This document shows, in pieces, positions 54,267 to 64,000 of a stretch of 64,000 bases of DNA. The notes below the pieces were generated by a model. That model did not search any database. It saw only the letters and a program-made list of their open reading frames with translations, and had not been told where the DNA came from. A program made the translations under genes and the position numbers. Where the stretch lies: NCBI GenBank assembly GCA_051294905.1, contig CM119371.1, positions 16,370,001 to 16,434,000 of the forward strand. The letters are read 5' to 3'. Source of the DNA: Botryllus schlosseri (taxonomy: Eukaryota). Numbering within the stretch: position 1 is the stretch's first letter; each line of letters opens with the position of its first letter.

Positions 54267-55515
54267 CAGTGGTCGGGAACCTATGGCTCGCGAGCCATGT
54301 ATGGCTCTTCTGGGTATAATATATGGCTCTTTGCCAAATGTTTATTTTTGTACTGAATTGATCAATATTGCAGCGACTTGTTAGTAAATTTTCCTCACGA
54401 CCAGAATAATTATTCCCGTGGCAGTATAAACATGTATTTCAAAGGTATAGGATAGGTAAAGCCGTCTTCGGGTTTAGGGGCCCGAACTCTTCAAAATCTT
54501 CAAATTTAAGTTACTGTCGCGCCGGCGACCAATATCATTCGCGAATTCGATGTAGTCTACCCCGCTACCCGACTCGAGATCTTGGATTGCGCGATACGTT
54601 GATTGATCGAAGAGAATAGCACCAATATGACAACGCAGTTTTCAAATACACATTGTCTTCCTGATCTACTACTCGAAATGAACTGCCGATACAAACGTTA
54701 CAAACTCGAATCACAGACAACGACAGAGCTATTCACGTTGCTGATTGGCAAGTATAGCTCTACTGGCGATAAAATAGGCGTGTGGCGCAACGTTATATGT
54801 CGCCGCCGAATATTTTGAGAATCGAGAAGTCGACGAGTATTTAGATTTTCGGAATCAGTGCGTCAGTTACATTGGATTAATATCAGTTATAATAAATTGT
54901 AAGCTATTTATGGTGAATTGCGTTATCAATGGTGAGTTCTGGACCGTCTGTGCCTCACCTCTGCTTTTGCGCTTCATTTTTTAACATTAAAATGCAAATT
55001 GTGTGAATTCGGGAGAAAAATGTTCAAAATATAGTCATTAATGAACATCAATACAAATAATAATTGAAGGTTTCAAAATTTTCGCTAACAGCTTAGAGTG
55101 CATGGGTAATGAACATCAATACAAATAATAATTGAAGGTTTCAAAATTTTCGCTAAAAGCTTAGAGTGCATGGGTAGGCCTATATAGATTGCTGCAGTGA
55201 CCATGTTTGGGTGCACCTTCGCAAGTGATCATGGGTTCTCGCATTTAAAAGGAACATCACGACGAACCTACGTTCTCGTAATTCAAGTTTCGCATGCTCA
55301 ACCAAGGCAACCAGCATAATTAGTACGAGTTTTTACAGAAAAAATGGGGCGCACAAGACGAATCCCATGTAGTGAGTTCGAATTAGTGCTACCCTGACGT
55401 CAGGAATTTTCAATTGTGACGTAACAGTTGATTGACATGTATGGCTCTTTGGGAATTAAAGTGGAAAAAAATAGGCCAATATGGCTCTTCGAACAAAAAA
55501 GGTTCCCGACCACTG
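54267..55515. mobile_element. hAT (Charlie-like) non-autonomous element
   Basis: TIR CAGTGGTCGGGAACCT. Homologous partial copy at about 28440-29316. Confidence 0.8.
55039..55176. repeat. Tandem duplication, 2 x 68 bp
   Basis: taatgaacatcaatac...gagtgcatggg at 55039 and 55107, one mismatch. Confidence 0.9.
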
Positions 55516-57040
55516 CTATATAGGCTGACTAGTATTCATTTAGAACAGAGGTCTCAAACACGCGGCCCGCGAGTCCATTTTGTGCGGCCCGCGTCAGCAT
55601 TTTGGATTTTCAAGTATATTCTTCATTTTTTAACCGCCACATATCTTTTTAAGATTTGAGAGCTTGGAATTCACCCAAAACTGCCCAAAAACCCTAACCT
55701 ACTCGTCAAACTTCAATATAGCAACACTTTCAAAGGCTACCGTGCAGTGGCAGATCTGCTGTTATATCACGTTAACTGTTCATGATGATAAAACATGACC
55801 CATTGATGATTTGTGACTGAAAAATGTGATTTTGACTTATCCGGAATCGTCCATAGAATTACTTGTAATCGAACTGACTATGGGGTATCGTATATCAGAT
55901 GAAAAAGACTTGAGTTGAGTCGGTTCAAACGTTAAAATTAGAGTAGGACTTGTGACTTGGAACGCGGTGGGTTGGTAAAGCCATAGACACAACGAGCTAT
56001 CAAACTGTCATGATGAATACTAATATATAAGAGGGTCGTAGCCGGCGTTGCGTAGCGTGGGTAGCGGATTTCGTTATCGTAGCGTAGCGTGGGCAGCGGA
56101 TTTCGTTATCTAAGCAAGTCGTTGTCGGTATTGCAACCATTAGCAATATGTTGCCTCCTAGCCGCAAGCTTTAAAATTGTAACGCGACAGCTTTCACAAT
56201 GTCATGATGCATTTGTCCACTTGTACTGTATCTGCATCTCAATATTTTGACAAGTTATGCCAAGTACAACAACAATTTTATTCGATTATTTGAAAATGTG
56301 ATTTTTTTTCGTGTCAGGCGTGAATATTACGTGAATATCACATTTTCACGATGTGTGGGGAATGCCAGCAGTTTACAAGGTCCCGTCCGATAAGGCATAC
56401 TTGAAAATACATTTAATACCCTTTATTTGATGCTGCGGCTCGCGGCGTCATCAAAAACTAGGAAATTGGCCCGCGAGCACATTTGAGTTAGGTACCTCTA
56501 ATTTAGAAGAAATTGCTTGTATTTCGACTTGAAAGCCGACATGCTCGATGACTGTCGGATAGCTGGCGAGATGCTGTTCCACAATCGGGGTCCGGCATAC
56601 TTGATAGAGCAATGCATCTTTTTGTATGCAGTTCCGTGTTTTCCAACGAGTCACGGAAACCTATCTCAAGTAATTTAAGATGAGCTGCCGCGACACTATC
56701 GCTATGCGATGTCCATAGCATGGTAAATCGCTAGGCTGCGTTCTCAGGGACTGAAGGCGCATTGCTTTTAAACTTACTCTGTTGTGATACAAAGCTACTG
56801 AAAGTCCATTGTCTGTTTCATCGACTGCCTCGAGTACGTTTTCATCACCCAATTTGCATATAATTATCTCTGTGACAATAGCCTGTAAATGTTGAGCTAG
56901 GGACCTCAGCCAGTTGCAAAACGCACCCTTCGGCTCACATGTACTAATATACGAGCATGCGTACATTCTGCCACCGTGTAGAGTACCAGTCCCGATTGCT
57001 TATCAACGACTTTGAAAAGTAAAGTATTACTTCAAAACAG

Positions 57041-58197
57041 ATCTCGCCATAAAGATCAACGAAGAGACGAAAATGGCAGTTGAAAAATTGAAGGAGCACA
57101 AAGAAATTTCACAAACGGATCTCGCACCACTTACGAATGAGTATGACACGCGTTATCGACGCTTGGCACTAGGAGAATCGATGAGACGTAGGAGTCAAAC
57201 ACCGGATACGAAAGAAATCGAATCCTACTACGCTGTGTCACTAAATACAGTACATCTACGCCCGAACGGAAAAACCTCCACAACGGTGCTACTTGTTGGG
57301 GGACCAGGCGACGGAAAGACCACCACTGCAATAAAGTATACCACTAGAGCTATGAGACGCGAAATTATGGGACCCTCAGATGTGAAACTCATCGTCTTCA
57401 TTGAAGGAAAAGACATACAATGGGAACGCGAATGCAGACCTTTTGATCTGTTATTCAAAGATCAATTCGCTAATATTGTTACAAGTGCGCCAACCTCAAA
57501 ACCACTTGAAAAATGGATAGCTCAGAATCCATCTGAAGTTTTAGTGATCATTGACGGTATTGACGTAGCAAAAACAAAGTCTATTAGCCCTGCAAGAATA
57601 ACTTTGGATCAACGGGTACATCCAATTTTCATAATAATCAACCTTCTTCGGCGCGATATTTACAGGGGAATGTGGGTAATGTGTACTACGACACCGCAAT
57701 GGCTTTGGAAATTAACTTATGTTATTGATGATGTTGTTGTTGTCAATATCTTGGGGTTCGACGAAAAGGACGTTCTAGATATCCTGGTGCAACTCACGGG
57801 CGAGAGGCAACGTGTTGGCCTGCTCCTGCATTGTTATCCAGCTATAAAAGACATGTGCAAGACCCCAGCTATGCTGATACACTTGGCTGGTCAAATTAAG
57901 GAGAACGAAACAATGACTGATATAAAAATTCTCCTTGACGCTATAGACTTTTTCGACTCACATCATGCTGGCAATGAGGAGATTGTAAGCAAGCAGATGA
58001 AGTTTATAATGGCAGTTGCACACAAGGCAGCAACAACAGGAACAGTGGATTTAGAAATACAAGATTCTGATAAGAACACCGCTTATGCAATGGCTCATTA
58101 CATTTCGGTGACATATCACGAAAATGCCGGACGATTCGTTGGAAAGACGATACAGAACCACCATCTTCGTTACAAATTCATTAGTGTAGCGATGCGA
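57041..58197 (+). CDS. NACHT/STAND NTPase exon of a second, divergent NLR-like gene
   Basis: ORF 57073-58368. Walker A VLLVGGPGDGKTT, Walker B VLVIIDGID, ILGFDEKD, MCKTPAML. Acceptor caaaacag at 57040 (phase 1), likely donor CGA|gtgagt at 58198. The ORF tail after 58238 reads into a transposon. Confidence 0.85.
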
Positions 58198-58237
58198 GTG
58201 AGTAAAATATCAACTTCACATGAAGGTGTAGGCCTAC

Positions 58238-59403
58238 CAGTGATGAGCATGGGACCGACTCGGGTAGCATTTGCGCCGGATATTGAACAATTTGGTGACA
58301 GTCGGATAGGATTTGGATATTATCACGGAATTATTTTAGGATATTGTCGAATAGTTGTAATCGGATAGGATTTGGATATTATCACGGAATTATTTTAGGA
58401 TATTGTCGAATAGTTGTAATTTTTATATGGATAGCTGTAAACAGGAGTGAGTTTTGATTACAAGCTCACACAATAAAGTCATCAATTCGATAACAAAACA
58501 CAGACATTTGACAACTTGCAAAATGACTGGTAGCACTCCAAAATGTTTGTCAAGGGTCCAGGCAAATATAAATAAAAAAACACCTCTACCATTGGAGAGT
58601 GGAAAATACTATAAGGCCAATCGTGATATCATATTTATTTGGTAAAACAGATTAAGCCAAGGATACAGCACAGTTGAAGATAAGTCTCTTCTCTTCCAAT
58701 AAACAAGTTAGCGAAACAACTACTGACTTGCTACTGGTGAGAAAGTTTGGACATCTTTGGTTGGACCTAATTTCGGGATGGTGCTTTAGCATTATGTATA
58801 TTGACATTTTGTGTGACACGACTATAAGCGAAATTTGAGGTGTTTGTCAAAGGTATTATAAGCATCAGCAAGTTGTTAGTGAACATGATTTCACACCTTC
58901 CATTATTTGTTGGCAAAATGCGGCTTATCTGCATCCAATGCTGACGTGCTATAATTGTAAAATTCCATGATAACAATTAGCTTCTATTAGTTATTGATAT
59001 TTGTTGGGTAACATGGTTAAATACTCGGTTGTTTATATGTTGATGGCCTAATAATTTCGGTACTTTTTCGTATAGGCAACTTTCATTCGCACACGTACTT
59101 CAAATTGGTAGCGTTATCTCTTAGCGTTATCCTTCCAATAGTTAAAAGTCCAATTTTTTGTTATTTGTTTTTGTTGATTCCATTGATATACTATTAGTGA
59201 ACTTCCAGTGCCGAACTGTATCTCATATCAGTTGTACAATTGATACACCATCGCAACGTTTTCCGATACAATCTTTATTTGGGGATTATTGGAGATAGTC
59301 GAATAGTTGGATGAGATTCTTCGGAGTCGGACGGATAGCTTACCAGAAACTCAACCTGTCGGACGGATTCGGATTCTAAGAACTCAATATCTGCTCATCA
59401 CTG
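58238..59403. mobile_element. hAT-type non-autonomous element just downstream of the NACHT-2 exon
   Basis: TIR CAGTGATGAGCA. TSD aggcctac/aggcctaa once the nested 59407-59815 element is removed. Confidence 0.8.
58302..58420. repeat. Tandem duplication, 2 x 59 bp
   Basis: tcggataggatttgg...atagttgtaa at 58302 and 58361. Confidence 0.9.
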
Positions 59404-59406
59404 AGG

Positions 59407-59815
59407 TAGTGTTGGGATGACTCGAGTCATGACTTGACTCGAGTCAGACTCGAGTCACCTTTTTCGTATGACTTGACTTGACTCGAGTCACTTTACTAAA
59501 ATGACTTGACTGGACTGGACTCGGCGTATCAAAAATGTGGATTGACTCGTGACTCGGGGCAAAAGTTACGAGTGAATTTCATGTCATCAAGCAATGCAAT
59601 GACGTAAGCATGCCTCATACTTCGAAAATGCAACTTGACTTGAATTGTGACTTGACTCGTGACTTTACTTGACTTGTCTCGAGTCACCTCCAGAATTCCA
59701 GTGACTTGACTCGAGTCACCTTCGAAAGTCGATTGACTTGACTTGACTCGAGTCAAAATGTGCAATGACTCGAAATGACTCGTGACTCGAAGGTAGTGAC
59801 TTGATCCCAACACTG
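59407..59815. mobile_element. hAT-type MITE built of GACTT/GACTCGAGTC repeats
   Basis: TIR (T/C)AGTGTTGGGAT, perfect TSD cactgagg. Partial inverse copy at about 34600-34786. Confidence 0.88.
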
Positions 59816-60274
59816 CACTGAGGCCTAACTATATTTCAAAAATACTTTTTTGAAGCCATATTCACAATTCGGCACTCGGGGCTCTGACCACGTGACCAAA
59901 TAACTATTCATACAATCACAATCAATGATTTCATAGTGATCAACGGTCAGCGAGTTTGATATGATTTACTATCTTCGGACTCAATTCTATTTGCATATGA
60001 AGAGGGCAAAAATTTCAGTCGAGATTGATAAGGGGGCTATGAGTCAAAAAAGATTCATTGGTGTACCACTGGTCTAATGCCTTGATGAAGTGATCCTTTC
60101 TCCAGATTGTTGTTAAAATCAATTCGCAATTTCGCGCCATAAACTGCCGACTCCACATTTGATTTTTATGGGGACGATACTCTAAATTCATCTATGATTG
60201 CATATAGAAAGTAATGATTGATTGATTCATTCCGAATAAACTATGATAAAAGTAGTTAGTATGATCGCTCGTGA

Positions 60275-61035
60275 CCTGGCAGGGGTTCTTATGGGCGGGG
60301 TCGCGAGCGGCTGGGAAAGCGGGGGTGGCGAGCGGCTCTTATTTCTTATGGCGGGGGTGGCGAGCGGCTATTGCGTCTTATGGCGGGGGTGGCAAGCGGC
60401 TCTTATTTCTTATGGGCGCGGTCGCATGCGGCTGGAAAACCGGGGGTGGCGAGCGGCTCTTATGTCTTATGGCGGGGGTGGTAAGCGGCTGTTGCGTCTT
60501 ACGGCGGGGGTGGCAAGCGGCTCTTATGTCTTATGGGTGCGGCGGTGATGCGCCTGGAAACTGGGGTGGTGAATCGCCTTTTTAGACCTCCCTCTCGGCG
60601 GTGATTCGCCATGTGTTCTTATGGGTGCGGTCGTGATTCGCACTTTCAGGTATAGGTCGTGGTGGTGATTCGCCGTGAAAACTCGTGGTGGTGATTCGTC
60701 TTTTTTGGTATAGGCGGTGGCAGTGATTCGCCTGTCATGTATTCTTACGGGATCTGTGGTGACTCGCCATGTGTTCTTATGGGTGCGGTCATGAATCGCC
60801 CTTTCGGGTATAGGCATCTCTCGTGTGGTGTCTTATGGGTGCGCTCGCACGTCGTACTTTCAAGTATAGGCATCTCTCGCATGTCGTATTGGAAACTCGT
60901 GTTGGCACATCGTACTTTTAGGTATAGACATCTCTCGCACGTCGTACTTTCGCGTATAGGCTGTGGTGGTGATTCGCCATGTGTTCTTATGGGTGCGTCG
61001 GCATATCGTACTTTCGGGTATAGGCATCTCTCACA
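60275..61035. repeat. GC-rich degenerate tandem repeat array
   Basis: Recurrent CTTATGGCGGGGGTGGCGAGCGGCT, then GGTGATTCGCC and CGTACTTTCGGGTATAGG units. Confidence 0.8.
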
Positions 61036-64000
61036 CGGTGTTGAATATGTATCAAGTAAATAGTCACGTGATTGGCACTTCGTTAATGTGTATATCACAA
61101 ATTATTATATATGACCAATTTGAAGTAATCCCAACGTTTACGGGGAGTGCGGCAATGATATATCGTTATTCTTATGGATGCGGCGATGATTCGTACTTTC
61201 GGAAACTGCAGTGCATTGTGCGATTTTTGAAAAACAGATGTTTGCGCTTGCGTTTTGACATGTGTGACCCACTAAATACGTCCGGTTTGGAAACGCGGCC
61301 TGTTGTGCAAGAGGATTTCGATCGCGCGCGACCTATATTGCACATACAATCGTTGTATTTATTACTGGGAAATCAAACGCTTAACAAAAACACGCAACTA
61401 ATCATTTGCCAACTCTAACATTACCAAAAAATTCCAGTATTGTTGATTGAAAATCCTTGAGTCCTTATTATTAAGAATGTTATAGTGCGGTGTCGGAATC
61501 CATTCGCGGGATGTACTAAAGATAAATTCAGATAATCCAGAATGAAAAATTTGGACCTTGGCATAGTGTGAATTGAAATATGTTTGACAAACATGACTAC
61601 CAACTTTGATCCAGTCGCATTTCAAGATTATACTTTGAAACAATCCTTGAAACTTACAACTCTATTCGCGATCCAGTTTTCCGTTTGTCAAATAGAGTTT
61701 CAGTAAATACCATCGCGGTATTTTAATGTGTTACATCACACAATAGAATCAATCAATGAAATATCGCCCATTGTTGTAAACATTTCCAACTTGACAACCG
61801 CTTGCACATAACGCGATCGAGTTGCAATGCGATGAGTTGAATCGAAATATTTCAACCTACTTTGTCATATCGCGATTTGAAGTAGACTTGTCAGACATAC
61901 TCGCAAAATTTCCCTCCGTTGTATCTCAGATTAATTTATTCACACGACCACCATCGCTGTCTTCGCATTTACACAAGCGCCTACTGTTCCCGCTCGCAAT
62001 TTCAGCACGACATTTCAACTTGTCACAATAGCTGATTATTCACATATTGATTTGGAGCTAAAGAAATCTTGAACAAGTTATCGGGTTATGTTTTGTTGTA
62101 ATTGAGTGTACGGAAATAGTATCACGTGTCGACATCTTACCATCTTACCATATTCAAAGAGTCAACCACAAAAACATTATCAAGTAACTCCGTTTGTAAC
62201 TTACCCGACCAACTCAAACAGTATCAGTATGAAAAACAGCCAAGCATACACGAGTCCATAGCAACACTAAAACCTAAAATCCATAACAAGTTCGGTTGTA
62301 ATCATATGCCGCCAACTCGTCTTTTTTGTTCAACTGTAAAAGTCGTTACTATTCTGCGAAATTCTACTCGATATATTTTGTAAGACAAAAGTAATTACTA
62401 CTCGGTGCAGGTGACTTGAGATTATAACATAATATGTTTGAGTATACGAGATTTGAAAGTCCGACCAACGTAGTTGAGAATTCATTTCTTACAATCGAAC
62501 GGTGGTGTTATATTCAAAGTTATCATGCTGTGAACATAAGGATTGACACATTGATTTGACAAATGAGATTTTGTCATAGTTGATCAATACTTCATTTTTA
62601 AATTATTTGCGTTAATTAGACCCGGCGCTGTGGTAAATGTTATGACAACAATAAACTTTTCAGTGCAATTGTTATTAACATATTAAATTGTAAAACTATG
62701 CGTGTCTGAAATGTTCTTGATAGGAAAATTACTCCACCTTGGTAAAAATCACTCTGCGTATCGCGGATGTCAGGAAATATTTTACAAATGTAATTGTTTC
62801 CAGTAACCAAGACTAAAGACGAAACAACAATATCGATAATATTACATTCAACATCCAGTACAATTATTAAAATCTATCGTTTGCTATAACCGGTGCTAAA
62901 GATGTAATAATTCCATTATTCATGTATTGAACACCCGATACAAAATGCTTTATTATCACAATTCGTAACGAGTAATTGTAACGACTAAGTGTAGAGTCAG
63001 TATATCACAATGACACGTCGTTACTATTGAACCCAGCAATTGATACGATTTATTGTCGGGATTTGTGACAGCGCATTGAAACATACACAGCTTACAGAGT
63101 GTGAAGATATCACTTTGGGTATCGAGTACCGTTTGAAGCGTGCGATCAATACATAATTCCGTTCGCACTCTCTAAGACATTGTGAAGTCTACAGATTTAC
63201 ACTTCAAGACTTTCATCAACACAGAAGCAATTTGGAATATTTTTACTGGACGCATCCTGTTCTACTAGACTTGAGTATACGCAAAACTCATAGCATTAAC
63301 AAAAATCGTAATAGGCGCTACACCGAAATCTACAAAATGTGTTTGTATTGTTGCTCAAAGTAGTGATCATGAATTATCATTTGAATCTTCTAAAGTAATT
63401 GAAATCGTAAAACCAAACTTGTGAAAGTCATTACCATAACAAAAGAATATTGTAGGTTGCTTGCTAAATGTATGCCAGAAATTTTGTAGAACGCTCACGA
63501 CCAAAGAAATCGGAAATTTCCCCCCATTGTCATTCGTCAAAGTAAATGTCGTCACAATACTCAGTCAGTAAAAGACGTTACTTGTATGTGATTGAATCGC
63601 CGGTAATTAACTCGCTAAATCAAACCCTAAGGAAATTTCACTCACTCATCGGATATTAAACAGCGTCGCTTGATCGGTGTAGATCGTTTTTTCTAAATGC
63701 AAATCAGACCTAGCCAACAGAAAACAATTTTCACTCACCCGGTAATGACACCAAGTGGTGGGCTTTCTTTCAATATTTTGTTTGTGTCAAATACTTTGCA
63801 ATAAACACGCTGGAGTGGTTGAGCTTTACATCATCAAGCTGTCATCTGTAAATCGAGATTACATCCGACTTGTAACTCTATCGTTTAACTAACCGAGTTG
63901 TATGCACAGTTTGATATTTTGGTCATTTAGTGATTGCTGAACATACCAAACGATACACATTCACTTCCGAAATACTGCATTCATCTCAATTCCCTTTGTC

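Noticed and set aside
58198..58368. C-terminal part of the 431-aa ORF as true protein
   Set aside because: It lies past a consensus donor and is mostly inside a transposon and tandem duplication.
59407..59815. CRISPR-like or iteron-like appearance of the GACTCGAGTC repeats
   Set aside because: No constant repeat with unique spacers and no cas genes. It is bounded by TIRs and an 8-bp TSD, so it is a MITE.
60243..61098. Several ~100-aa ORFs
   Set aside because: They arise from the stop-poor GC-rich tandem repeat.
61400..64000. Downstream LRR exons of gene 2, or a minus-strand gene
   Set aside because: The candidate exons I tested contained stops and had no recognisable motifs.
1..64000. Prokaryotic operon or defence island; adjacent HeLo/MLKL-like amyloid effector gene
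   Set aside because: Low coding density, spliceosomal introns and MITEs indicate a eukaryote. I found no effector gene carrying the motif in this window by eye.

Overview
AT-rich eukaryotic DNA, densely filled with transposons and containing GT-AG introns; it looks like an invertebrate animal, possibly a tunicate (inference only). The main content is a pair of co-oriented NLR/NACHT (STAND NTPase) genes on the + strand. Gene 1 can be reconstructed by hand as 12 coding exons (27138-40987, 3021 nt, about 1006 aa), in frame across every junction. It has no CARD, PYD, DEATH or TIR domain. Its N-terminus instead carries a tandemly duplicated two-exon module with a beta-rich, cRHIM/amyloid-like motif (NLEITKCPVNVVAGDQIQRNKVVYN and NLKIINSLVNSVTGDQVQGNMKVINY), followed by a NACHT exon and phase-0 LRR-like exons. 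Gene 2 (about 53703-58197) encodes a divergent NACHT with degenerate motifs and a short Pro-rich N-terminus; I could not trace its 3' exons. The rest is mostly non-autonomous DNA transposons: many hAT MITEs with 8-bp TSDs (often nested), a Kolobok-like element with a THAP remnant, a Chapaev-like relic, a ~590-bp foldback palindrome, tRNA-derived SINEs and tandem repeats. Most ORFs in the supplied track are spurious.
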